In this document: piece after piece, positions 40,694-50,572 of the stretch
Layout: each line of letters begins with the position of its first letter
Numbering within the stretch: position 1 is the stretch's first letter
From: Nitrosopumilaceae archaeon
GTDB taxonomy: Archaea > Thermoproteota > Nitrososphaeria > Nitrososphaerales > Nitrosopumilaceae
Length of the DNA stretch: 64,000 bases
Direction: 5' to 3'
NCBI GenBank assembly: GCA_965200155.1
Contig: CBDATR010000010.1
Span: 64,001 to 128,000 of the forward strand
Translations under genes and position numbers: made by a program
The notes under the pieces: generated by a model
Database searches by the model: none
What the model saw: only the letters and a program-made list of their open reading frames with translations
What the model was told of the DNA's origin: nothing

Positions 40694-40913
40694 AGCGCAA
40701 GGTATGAAACTACGGTGAATATAGTGTTTGGTGGATATAGACAGAGGTCATGACCGTAATAGTATTCGGATTGTGTCTAACATGCATATGGCGTGGAGAT
40801 GACACTGTACACAAACAGGACGTATGTGCCAAACCTAGCACTTAGTGATGCGAGTATGACATAACCACAATATGCCACAACAGGGTTAAATTACACGCGA
40901 ATGGCCCTAGGTT

Positions 40914-41705
40914 ATGTCTGAGGAAGTGGAATTTCCGGAACCGGGAGAAATAGTGCTAGCCACGGTCACAAAAATAATAGCGCAAGGGGCATATGTTACA
41001 CTAGATGAGTACAACGGTATGCAAGGATTCCTGCATACTCAGGAGATTGCTCCGGGCTGGATCAAGGCAATAAACCGATACGTTAAGCGTGGTGAAAAGA
41101 AGGTACTCCGGGTCAAAAAGATAAACGCTGATCGTGGTGACATAGACCTCTCGCTTAAGCAGGTAACCAATGATCAGAAAAAGAAAAAGTTACTGGAGGT
41201 AAAGCGTTATGAGAAAGGTAGGACGCTGCTGAGTACTGTAGCCGAGAGAGCTGCCCTGAACGAGGAGGGTATTGGTAATCTAGAGGATTTATTGTACAGC
41301 AAATTTGACTCAGTATATGACGCGTTCTTGGATATGGCACGCAACGGCACCAAGGCGATAGAGAACCAAGTTGACGAGGGCGTGGTGGAGGCCATACGGG
41401 ATGTTTGCTCCAAGATAAAGCTGCCCACCGTGGAGATACGGGGCGTGGTGGAGATTACGTGTAATCGACCAGACGGTGTTGACTGTATAAAGAGTACGCT
41501 TACCGATCTTGATCAGCGATATCCAGGAAGTCACGTTACATACCTAGGGGCACCAAAGTACAGGGTTGCCATCATAGCAGCTGACTTTAAATCAGCAGAG
41601 AAGTTGCTCAAGCCCATGATCGCCGAGATACAAAAGAGTGTGCAGAGATATGGGGGCAAATTCTCGTTTCACAGAGAAGAATCCAAAAAGAACAGGGAGG
41701 AGTAA
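40914..41705 (+). CDS. eif2a: Translation initiation factor aIF2 alpha subunit
   Basis: PEPGEIVLATV S1 domain, GDIDLSLK, YLGAPKYR motifs. Confidence 0.96.
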   Translation: MSEEVEFPEPGEIVLATVTKIIAQGAYVTLDEYNGMQGFLHTQEIAPGWIKAINRYVKRGEKKVLRVKKINADRGDIDLSLKQVTNDQKKKKLLEVKRYEKGRTLLSTVAERAALNEEGIGNLEDLLYSKFDSVYDAFLDMARNGTKAIENQVDEGVVEAIRDVCSKIKLPTVEIRGVVEITCNRPDGVDCIKSTLTDLDQRYPGSHVTYLGAPKYRVAIIAADFKSAEKLLKPMIAEIQKSVQRYGGKFSFHREESKKNREE

Positions 41706-41863
41706 TGCGATTCATACTGCAGCGATGTGGAACCTGCATGACATATACCCTCAAAGAGAGGTGTTCTGTATGCAACACGGACACTGTCTTGGCCCATCCC
41801 GCAAAATTCTCGCCGGATGATAAATACCAGCGATACCGGTTGGCATCAAGATACGAGAGTTAG
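41705..41863 (+). CDS. nop10: H/ACA RNP protein Nop10 (52 aa, below ORF-track cutoff)
   Basis: Manual translation MRFILQRCGTCMTYTLKERCSVCNTDTVLAHPAKFSPDDKYQRYR...; conserved position after aIF2 alpha. Confidence 0.93.
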   Translation: MRFILQRCGTCMTYTLKERCSVCNTDTVLAHPAKFSPDDKYQRYRLASRYES

Positions 41864-43965
41864 GGAATATAGTTAGGGTTTACCTCGTATACAAAGATAC
41901 CAAATACTATAGGCTGTGTGTCATCGTTAAAGCTGGGCGAGGAATATACGAGTCGCAATGGCCCGTCACCGTCTACAGGATACTTTATGTCCTTGATATG
42001 AATTGGGATGGTTCCCTCCACATATCCTGTAAACTGGGCATTTGTAATAGGATCGATGTATAGTAGAGGGATATAGGGAGTCATGCTCCCTAGTAGCGTA
42101 TTGTCCCAAAAGTAGTCGGTACCGCTTATCCCGTCTGGTAGCACATATCTTGAGACAGGCTCCTCAGCTATTCGTATAAACCACTGTTTCTTGGATTCAT
42201 CACCACCACCACCGAGTATGTATATGGGATCCGTATCGGCAGGCAGTCTTTCTGCCATGATAAATGTCATGACATAATCTGCCTGCAAATCCTGTAGCAT
42301 AGTGTACGCTTGGTCCGGCGGACTCATTAACATTGTAGCTATATCCTGTATCCTTTTGGTGTCAATAGTCGCATTGTCCGCTATGCTGGCTCGCTCTCCC
42401 AAGGTCTGAGTCCAGTAACCATAGTCCCACCATGACGCTATTACGGCATCAGGTGGAGTATTTTGTCTTATCCAATCATATGTATCCAGCCAATCATTTG
42501 AGACGGCCGAGTATAGGGAAGCCCCATTAAGTATCGTGGGAGGACCAGATACGGCAGAGACAGTACTATAATTTGGTATTGCAAGAGGCATGGCAAGTAG
42601 TATAGATATACCCGCTATCATAATCATCCGTGCAGGCACACCCGCGCGAGAGCGGGAGACATCAACCATAAGTCGGCGTATTAGTACCGAGATGCCCAAC
42701 GAGGATAATATTATGACGGCGATGGAACCGAACACCTCTAAACGGATGAACGTAGAACTCACATATACACCAAACATGCCAATAATAAGCGCAAATGCTA
42801 GAAGTTCCGATGGGATTTTGTGAAACTCGGCCGTACGCCGATCCAGCAGTAGCCATACACCCACCCCAGCAAATACCATAAGTATGGAGTGGAATACGAA
42901 CGACTGGGATATGGTGGTGGGTTGGTGCTCAGATATGGAATCGGTGAGTGGACTGACAGATGACAAGAAGGGGTTCAATGCATGAAGATATCTAAAAGAA
43001 GGAGAAGACATGGTGCCATCTTCGGTGGCCAGTGGTAACACCGCCATACCACCCACCAGCATTGCGGCCAAGAGTATGGCGCTGTTACGAAGTATATTCT
43101 GTGGCCTAACTCTACGTATTATGTGCGATACCACCAAGAATACGGTCGCACCAGCTACCGCTACCCCTCCCAAACCAAAGATAAAGTCAGTTCCAGGTCT
43201 TTCATAGAGTAGACTGGTACCCAGTAGCGTAACAGTAAAGAGCGGTATTGTCCATATGGTAAATGCACTATCCTTGCGAAGGAATGGGAGACTTATTATG
43301 AATAGTGCCAAGGGGAGTATAAAGAACTGGGCCCCACCCCATGCAGAGAATGAAAGGGATATGAACAATGCGCCGAATACAAGTTTGGCAGCCGCCACAG
43401 GACGGGTGTTAGTCCGGATACCACTCAAAAACAGATAGACTCCCAATAGCCCGTAGAAGATACCCAACGGTTCGGACTTGAACCAGCCTGCTGTACCGCG
43501 TATTATTATGGGCAACGATACGGCAAACAGCATAGACGATATGAGTCCGGCAGTAGTCCCCCCTATGACACGCACCAATGCGAAAATAACAACTGCCGTC
43601 ATTGATCCTATAACTGCTGGAAATATTATGGTAAACTCGTAAAGACTAGACCCAAATCCAAATATGGTATACGCGGCCGCGGTAGTTTGATGTAGTGCAA
43701 CCTGCGATGTAGCAGAGATATCTCTTCCGTCCGGATACCAGCTTAGAGTGTCATTCCATTCATAGTACGCATCAAGACCATTCTCCAGCATATACTCGGT
43801 AGCCCGGTAGTTGAAGAAAGGATCAAACTCGTGTAATTGAAAGCCGTATTCCAGTGGTTGCGCACGTATAAGAAAAGATGCAACAAAGGCCATCGACAGT
43901 ACTCCTATTATAATCAGGTGGCGCGGCTGTAGCTTCACTAGTGGCAAACTGCAATGATCGTACAT
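41860..43965 (-). CDS. aglB: Oligosaccharyltransferase AglB (STT3)
   Basis: EFDPFFNYR, SISEHQP, SWWDYGYW and DESK motifs; start approximate. Confidence 0.95.
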   Translation of the reverse strand: MYDHCSLPLVKLQPRHLIIIGVLSMAFVASFLIRAQPLEYGFQLHEFDPFFNYRATEYMLENGLDAYYEWNDTLSWYPDGRDISATSQVALHQTTAAAYTIFGFGSSLYEFTIIFPAVIGSMTAVVIFALVRVIGGTTAGLISSMLFAVSLPIIIRGTAGWFKSEPLGIFYGLLGVYLFLSGIRTNTRPVAAAKLVFGALFISLSFSAWGGAQFFILPLALFIISLPFLRKDSAFTIWTIPLFTVTLLGTSLLYERPGTDFIFGLGGVAVAGATVFLVVSHIIRRVRPQNILRNSAILLAAMLVGGMAVLPLATEDGTMSSPSFRYLHALNPFLSSVSPLTDSISEHQPTTISQSFVFHSILMVFAGVGVWLLLDRRTAEFHKIPSELLAFALIIGMFGVYVSSTFIRLEVFGSIAVIILSSLGISVLIRRLMVDVSRSRAGVPARMIMIAGISILLAMPLAIPNYSTVSAVSGPPTILNGASLYSAVSNDWLDTYDWIRQNTPPDAVIASWWDYGYWTQTLGERASIADNATIDTKRIQDIATMLMSPPDQAYTMLQDLQADYVMTFIMAERLPADTDPIYILGGGGDESKKQWFIRIAEEPVSRYVLPDGISGTDYFWDNTLLGSMTPYIPLLYIDPITNAQFTGYVEGTIPIHIKDIKYPVDGDGPLRLVYSSPSFNDDTQPIVFGIFVYEVNPNYIP

Positions 43966-43991
43966 ATTACTATTTGGTGTTAAGTATGGGT

Positions 43992-44985
43992 TGTAATGCA
44001 TGAAAAGTAGGTCCGCTAGTCATTGGTATCTCGCTCCATCCATTTTACATCATTTGCCCTAATTGTCTGGGTCGCCTTTTTATTCCTGGAGTGGTGTTTC
44101 GCCGTTATCTATATCCAGTGAGAAGTGCAATCTTCTCTCATTGTAGTAGTCAACATAATCCCGGAGACTGTCATAATGCCATATCTCGTTGGACTCTTAA
44201 ATAAGAGTCCCCTAGTCCTCAATCATTCCATGGAAGCGCTCCAGTTTGCCATTTGTCTGCGGGTGGTATGGTCTGGAATTGATTAGTATGATATCTTGAT
44301 CCAGCAGTTCTTCCTAGAATAGTGGGTTTCCAGTTCTTTTTGCCCTTTTATTGTCCTACGAGACACGCGCCGTTATCCGAGATGCAGGGGCGCCGAATCG
44401 TTTCATTGCCAGTCTCAGTAATAGAGTGGTGTTCTCATGTTGCATGCTCAAATAGTGCCGCTCCGACTATACACCTGGATGCATCAACTATGAGATTCAG
44501 TCCCTTGAAGCGCTCATCTTTTCATGACATGCCAGTGCCACATTGCATTGGAATATTTACGCTCATAGCGTACCCACTCTGACTTTGCAGGTGATGAGCC
44601 TGCCATACCGTTCTTTTTCATTATGCGATATACTGCGCGATATATCATGTCTAAGCTTCTTTGCAATACGTACTACTCCGGCGGGGTCCCTGCTGTATGC
44701 TTCAGTTACCATTCGTATCTGGGTGGCAGTGATTGGTATCATGGACCTGCCCATCTTTACTCGAGTCGTTCCCGGTTCTCTGGTTCACAATCTGTATGAG
44801 TTCACGTCTTCCGGAATCTTGTGCACAAAAGAACCGGTTCTTTAACTGTCGCGATCAGTTGTGCGTAAATTTAGACATAGGTGAACTCATACCACAATCT
44901 TCGTACGTGTCTTGTTTCAGGTCTTGAGCTATTTTGGTGGAGGCAACGCCTCTTTTGTCTTGATTCCTCTGTTATTCTCTTTACC
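43992..44985 (-). pseudogene. IS481-family element remnant
   Basis: End TGTAATGCATGAAAAGT; minus-strand YHPQTNGKLERFHG and YYNERRLHFSL integrase-core fragments; homologous to 63628-64000; far boundary approximate. Confidence 0.8.
44794..44892 (+). mobile_element. MITE-A copy 9 (99-bp variant), inside IS481 remnant
   Basis: Perfect TIRs; TSD CACAATCT. Confidence 0.93.
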
Positions 44986-45049
44986 ATCTGGCTTGTGCAA
45001 TCTGAACTACTGTACGCCGGATCCTAAGCGGACTTACTTTTCGTACTAT

Positions 45050-45570
45050 TGAGGGTAGGCGCAGAAAGCGAAAGATTGAGAAACAAATCACTCGACTACG
45101 ACAGAAAGCCAACAACATAGCGAACGACTCCATGAATAGAATAGTCCACGCGATCAAAGGTGTGGACAAGGTAGTACTAGAGGATTTATCACCGAAAGCA
45201 ATGACCAGGCATGGCGGGAACCGGAAAAAACAATGAACCGTTCCATGCGCGAGAACCGGGTAGGCGAGTTCCGCCGGAAAGTAGTACAAAAGTGCGAGGC
45301 ACCGGGGATTGAATTGGCGGCTGTGCCAGCGAGATACATGAGGGGGCGGTTTACCCACCCAACGAGCAAGACCTGTCACATGTGTGGACACGTTGACAGC
45401 AAATCACGATCAATTAGGGACACATTCTATATGTAACCGGGAGTTTCACGCCGATATCAACGCGGCGTTTAGTAACCGGTTTCCCTGTATGGGGCGGCAG
45501 AACGTGTCGTCCGGGAGCGAGGAACCATTCCCCGCCCAACATGAGGCGTCAGGGCGGGAATGATGGTGAC
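45050..45570 (+). pseudogene. tnpB: TnpB (IS200/IS605) 3' remnant with downstream hairpin
   Basis: VVLEDL (RuvC II), TSKTCHMCGH Zn finger, HADINAA (RuvC III) across frameshifts; hairpin CATTCCCCGCCC/GGGCGGGAATG at about 45526-45562. Confidence 0.8.
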
Positions 45571-45594
45571 AAGCCAATGTGCTGCCTAGGAACG

Positions 45595-45736
45595 AGATGT
45601 CATGTTCTCAAAGACTTATGGTGACCGCTATAACAGACTTATGGAGTATTGCCATAGTACAGGAAATCAAATTGAAGGCTGCAAAGTGCAATTAGCGGAT
45701 GGGTACAACAACCGATCACAGTTATGCAACAAACTC
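45595..45736 (+). mobile_element. Right-end remnant of an ISH1-like IS5 element
   Basis: TIR AGTTATGCAACAAACTC at 45720-45736 preceded by ..VQEIKLKAAKCN* transposase-like tail. Confidence 0.65.
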
Positions 45737-45879
45737 TGACTATGGGGACTAACATAAGTCTCTGTTATGTGCGCCAGAGACTTGCAGAACGCTCCATGGG
45801 TCCGGCTATCTGGAACAGACCAGTCAGAGTATGCAGATGACATGAAATGGTTGCCTGTTATAATCACGATAGGTATTTT

Positions 45880-47436
45880 ATGAGCAGTCATGAGCGACAT
45901 GATAATATGGCTCAGGAAGTGGACAGGACATTGCTTGAAAAGTTCGAGCAGCAAGTGTGGTCCCATATGCCGCATGATGCAACAACCGGCATAGTAAATG
46001 CCACGCCCATGGTGGATCTCACCGCCTATACGAAAGAGTGTGCGAGGCGGTTATACAATATCACACTGCCAGATAATCTCTCCGTTTGGGGTAAATTCGA
46101 CTCAGATCTCCCTACCGGTTCCATAAAGGCTAGACCTGCCGCATACATCATACGCAACGCCATACAGACCGGTATGCTCAAAAGTGATCAGACCATAATC
46201 GAGGCTACCTCCGGAAACTTTGGTATAGCCTTGGGCGGTTTTGCCAAGATGGGCCTGAACGTGATTTCCTTGGTATCGCGCAAGCTTCAGGAGGGCGTCT
46301 TCGAGGAGCTAAGACACGAGGGTGTTCGTACAATAGATTTGGATATGGATATTTGCCCGGCACCTGGAATGGAGGGTAGCGCCAATGATCTTGCTGCCAA
46401 GGCTACCGCTATTAACATACGATCTCAGCTGGCCGGTATGGATTTTGATCCCGCACTATTTGATCGGGAGCGTGACAGGATACATTCCCTATTGGCGGAC
46501 CAGGATATAATAAATCTGGCAAAACTTTTGGGGCGCATATACGGCATGTTCTGCCCTGAGCAGTACGACAACCAGCTTAACATAGAGGCTCACCGGACAA
46601 TTACCGGTCCGGAGATGGACCAGCAGCTACAGGAGAAAGGCAAGTCCTTGGGTGAATATGAAATATTCTGCACTTTTGGTACAGGTGGTACGTCAGGAGG
46701 TATACACCGGTACGTTCTTGAGCGTTACGGGAAAAAGTCGGTTCATGTAATATTTCCAGCCGCAGGCCAGGATGTGGCCGGTATCAGGACCAAAGCCAAG
46801 GCGGATGGGCTGGGATTATACAAGCCTGAAGACTATGCTGGCCAGCACGAGGTGGACTTTGAACCGGCTAGGCGCCTTCTCAAATTCTTCGTCGATAAGG
46901 GTTATGACATGGGCGAGAGTAGTGCCCTGGCGTTATATGCGGCCATGCAAATGGCAAGCTCCGGCAAGGCACAGCAATTTGTCATAATGGTGGCCGACGG
47001 CATAGGCAAGTACAAAAAGAGCCTAGTCGCTGCCGAGAAACCGCGCACACAAGTATCACTAAAAGAGGCAGCATCGTGTGCCGATGAGTATGACCAGATT
47101 ATATGGGTACATGCCCAATACACGCCCCGGGAGGCAGGCGTTGAGCTAATCGCAAAATCTCTCGGCGTGGACAAATCCAAGATATCCATAACCAAGGCTA
47201 GCACCGTGGGACGCATGCTCATGGCACAAAAGGTCCCCGAAGATATGCGCAACAATGTGCGGGGCAAAAAGGGCAAGTCACTCCTTGTATGCATGGCAGG
47301 AAAGACATCACTAATGGCCTCTCAGGTCTTGGCAAAGGACGGAATCGTGACACAGAGCTTGGTGGGCGGCATTACAGACTTGCCCGAAGGCCGAGGACGA
47401 AATCCCGGCGAGTTTATCCAGATGGCCATAGACTGA
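45880..47436 (+). CDS. PLP-dependent cysteine synthase-like enzyme with C-terminal rhodanese-like domain
   Basis: PTGSIKAR, EATSGNFG, FGTGGTSGG; C-terminal LLVCMAGKTS...SLVGGI; start approximate. Confidence 0.85.
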   Translation: MSSHERHDNMAQEVDRTLLEKFEQQVWSHMPHDATTGIVNATPMVDLTAYTKECARRLYNITLPDNLSVWGKFDSDLPTGSIKARPAAYIIRNAIQTGMLKSDQTIIEATSGNFGIALGGFAKMGLNVISLVSRKLQEGVFEELRHEGVRTIDLDMDICPAPGMEGSANDLAAKATAINIRSQLAGMDFDPALFDRERDRIHSLLADQDIINLAKLLGRIYGMFCPEQYDNQLNIEAHRTITGPEMDQQLQEKGKSLGEYEIFCTFGTGGTSGGIHRYVLERYGKKSVHVIFPAAGQDVAGIRTKAKADGLGLYKPEDYAGQHEVDFEPARRLLKFFVDKGYDMGESSALALYAAMQMASSGKAQQFVIMVADGIGKYKKSLVAAEKPRTQVSLKEAASCADEYDQIIWVHAQYTPREAGVELIAKSLGVDKSKISITKASTVGRMLMAQKVPEDMRNNVRGKKGKSLLVCMAGKTSLMASQVLAKDGIVTQSLVGGITDLPEGRGRNPGEFIQMAID

Positions 47437-47590
47437 AGTGTGTCATATGTGGCATTAATTATTGCTCCAGACACAGGGCATTTCCTGCCAACCAGTCATC
47501 GCCAAACGGGCATCTCCGAATTTGCATATTCCCGGGTTTGCCGCTTTTCACACCAAAGGCTTTAACAAACCATAATTATTCCCTGTATGG

Positions 47591-48178
47591 TTGAGCGCAG
47601 GGTGGTCATATACAACTCCGGGTATCCCCGATGACATGTTCCATCGGCTACCAAAGGTACCCATAACCAAAGAGGAGATACGGGCAATCCAAATATCCAA
47701 GGCCAGACTGAGACAGGGTGACACCGTATATGACATAGGATGTGGTAGCGGTTCAATATCTGTGGAGGCGGCTCTTCAGGTGGGACCCGCGGGTAATACT
47801 ATTGCCGTTGACATGGATGATAATGCAGTACGGCTTACCAAGACCAACATGGATCACTTTGGTGTGGACCTGAATATAATACACGGCGAGGCCACCTCGG
47901 TGATACCTAGTTTGCCCCTGGCAAATGCCGCATTTATCGGTGGCACAGGGGGTCGTACCGCGGACATATTGAGGATGTGCTGCGACAAAGTGTCACCCGG
48001 CGGCCGTATCATAGTGGGTACCATCTTGGTGGAGACACTATACGCAGTACTGGAAGTAACAAAAGACATGACTGACACAGACATTACGCAGGTAACCGTA
48101 CTCAAGAGCAGGCGCACCGAGACGGGAACAATGATGCTGGCCCGGAACCCCGTTACCATAGTTACCGTTACGGTCTAG
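47591..48178 (+). CDS. cbiT: Cobalt-precorrin-6B C15-methyltransferase (decarboxylating)
   Basis: PITKEEIR, DIGCGSGSISVE, FIGG, ARNPV motifs. Confidence 0.94.
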   Translation: MSAGWSYTTPGIPDDMFHRLPKVPITKEEIRAIQISKARLRQGDTVYDIGCGSGSISVEAALQVGPAGNTIAVDMDDNAVRLTKTNMDHFGVDLNIIHGEATSVIPSLPLANAAFIGGTGGRTADILRMCCDKVSPGGRIIVGTILVETLYAVLEVTKDMTDTDITQVTVLKSRRTETGTMMLARNPVTIVTVTV

Positions 48179-48209
48179 ATTTTATTGGGGGATGCGCCCT
48201 ACCCCTTCC

Positions 48210-48929
48210 ATGTCAGGCTTGACTGCAATAGGTGTGGGGCCCGGGGATCCAGATCTTTTGACGGTCAAGGCGGTGCGGGCAATACAGGAGGCCGACACCA
48301 TAATGTGTCCTGCATCGCGTCATGACAGGCCAAGCATAGCGCTCTCGGTTATAGAGTCCCTTGTTGATCGCACCCGTCAGGACGTGATCAAGCTAATCTT
48401 TCCCATGACAAAGGATACTCATATCTTGGAGTCCACCTGGGAGACAAACGCCAAGCTAATTGCCCAGAGGGTTCTACAGGGCGGCAGTGTCGTATATGTG
48501 ACTGTGGGTGATCCATACCTGTACAGTACCTGGATATACATGAGCCGTAACCTGGAACGGGATTATCCTGACATGAACATAAGCGTAATACCAGGTATAG
48601 TTTCCATGTTCACCTTTGCGTCCAAGGTAGGGGTAAGTATAGCCGAGGGTGCCGAGAAGGTATCCATAATACCCTCGTGCTATGACTTGGGCGCCGTTAC
48701 TGCTATAGCCAAGAGCTCTGATGTGCTGGTATTCTTAAAGGACGGTCGCTACTTTGAGAACGTGATAACGGTACTACGGGATGCGGGCTTTCCAAAGGAT
48801 TCCATATTTGCAATAGGACAGGACTTGGGGACGGATCACGAGATAATACGACGCCTTACCCTGGGTGAGGTGGACAGGGGAGCCCTTACAACAAAATACT
48901 TTTCCATACTGGTGGTTAAGCGTGTCTAA
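48210..48929 (+). CDS. cbiL: Cobalt-precorrin-2 C20-methyltransferase
   Basis: IGVGPGDPDLLTVKA, FPMTKD, GDPYLYST, YFSILV motifs. Confidence 0.93.
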   Translation: MSGLTAIGVGPGDPDLLTVKAVRAIQEADTIMCPASRHDRPSIALSVIESLVDRTRQDVIKLIFPMTKDTHILESTWETNAKLIAQRVLQGGSVVYVTVGDPYLYSTWIYMSRNLERDYPDMNISVIPGIVSMFTFASKVGVSIAEGAEKVSIIPSCYDLGAVTAIAKSSDVLVFLKDGRYFENVITVLRDAGFPKDSIFAIGQDLGTDHEIIRRLTLGEVDRGALTTKYFSILVVKRV

Positions 48930-49680
48930 AGTCTACTTTGTGGGGTGCGGGCCCGGGGACCCGGAGCTTATCACGATAAAGGCGGTCAATTTAATCAAGG
49001 CCGCCCAAACGGTAGTCTACTCCGGCTCGCTCATACCTGACGCAATACTGGCATACTGCACCGGCACCAGGTACGATGCATCCTCCATGGTACGCGAGGA
49101 GATAACCGATGTACTGTATGAGTCTGCCATACAGGACAAGATTACCTTACGCCTGCACGATGGCGACCCCGGCATATATGGCGCCATCCAGGAACAGATT
49201 GATGTCCTCGCCCAGAGGGGTGTTGCGTCGGTGGTGGTACCCGGAGTCACCGCCATGTTGGCCTCGGCTGCGGCGCTACGAACACAGCTCACACTGCCGG
49301 GCGTGACCCAGACCATAATAATAACGCGCGTTGCGTCCCGTACTGGTGTGCCTTCCGCCGAGTCCATAGAGAGCCTGGCACAGCATCACTCTACCATGGT
49401 ATTGTATCTGAGCGTCCACTTGCTGCCGGAGATAGTACGGCAGGCCGTATCCGGAGGATATGATATGAGCACCCCTGTTGCGGTGGTGTACCGGGCCAGC
49501 TGGAAGGACCAGCAGATAGTGACCGGCACCCTTTCTGATATACACGAAAAGGTGCGGGCCGCCCGCATAACCAGAACGGCCACAATAATAATAGGCGATG
49601 TCATAAATCCGTCCCACTACGAATACTCCAGACTGTATGACAAGGAGTTTAGTCACGGATTTCGAAGAGCCCAAGTCTAG
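48922..49680 (+). CDS. cbiF: Cobalt-precorrin-4 C11-methyltransferase
   Basis: RLHDGDP.IYGAI.EQ, LTLPGVTQT, SRLYDKEFSHGFR motifs. Confidence 0.95.
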   Translation: MSKVYFVGCGPGDPELITIKAVNLIKAAQTVVYSGSLIPDAILAYCTGTRYDASSMVREEITDVLYESAIQDKITLRLHDGDPGIYGAIQEQIDVLAQRGVASVVVPGVTAMLASAAALRTQLTLPGVTQTIIITRVASRTGVPSAESIESLAQHHSTMVLYLSVHLLPEIVRQAVSGGYDMSTPVAVVYRASWKDQQIVTGTLSDIHEKVRAARITRTATIIIGDVINPSHYEYSRLYDKEFSHGFRRAQV

Positions 49681-50407
49681 CCACACTCTTCATGATTCCC
49701 AGTTTGGCCAATCTGTCCTGTATGTATTCTCCGGACGAATACACACTCAGTCTACCGCGTCCCTGAGTGCCGGTTATATCCGTGACGTGGCGGGCTACTA
49801 TGTCTGCCGGATCCAGAAACGTAACATCTGTCCTGCATTCTGACATTATGTCGTGCAGGAATGGCAGGTGCGTACTGGACAGGGTGCAGATATCCGCATC
49901 CCCGATATTCCCAAGAAAACTATCCACTACCTTCCTGCACCTGTCTGTGTCACCAAGAAACCTGCCGCTCTCCACTAAATCTACCAGTATGGTGGAATCT
50001 ATTCCCCGTACACTGATGCGCGGATCCAGATTGCAGGATCGAACATATTGCTCCAGTGCCCCGCTCCTCACAACCGTCTGTGTGACCAACACGGCTATGC
50101 TGTTGTTCCTGGTAATGCGGGCGGCCTCGGTTAATGGTGGCCGTACACCTATAACATCGTGCTCATCTATATTCAGTGTAAGGGTGGGCGTGTTTGATCC
50201 CACCACTATCAGGTCTGGCCTAAAACATCTGCGCAGTCCTGATATGGTGCTCCGTATTATGTTCTCCAGGACATCTGCGGGCTTTTTTCCATAGGGGTAG
50301 CTTGCAGTATCTGCATAGTATATGATGTCACACCTGGATATGGCACGTATGGCATTAACTATGCCCAGCGAGCCCAGCCCGGAATCAAAAACGGCTATCA
50401 ATGCCAT
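49649..50407 (-). CDS. Glutamate racemase (MurI)-like protein with Ser at both catalytic Cys positions
   Basis: VFDSGLGSL, YPYGKK, GSNT and SSTHLP motifs. Confidence 0.85.
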   Translation of the reverse strand: MALIAVFDSGLGSLGIVNAIRAISRCDIIYYADTASYPYGKKPADVLENIIRSTISGLRRCFRPDLIVVGSNTPTLTLNIDEHDVIGVRPPLTEAARITRNNSIAVLVTQTVVRSGALEQYVRSCNLDPRISVRGIDSTILVDLVESGRFLGDTDRCRKVVDSFLGNIGDADICTLSSTHLPFLHDIMSECRTDVTFLDPADIVARHVTDITGTQGRGRLSVYSSGEYIQDRLAKLGIMKSVARLGLFEIRD

Positions 50408-50572
50408 GCATGACTGTCGCGGCGGGGCAGTTATTATTTTCTGTCATACTTTTGCGAGAGTACAGTATGGATACAAAGATGTTCATCTAGTCAACCCCCC
50501 TTCAATCATTCCCAGTGAACTCGCACTATTCCTTGAACCTCAATATTAAATACCAACATTATACTGTCTATC

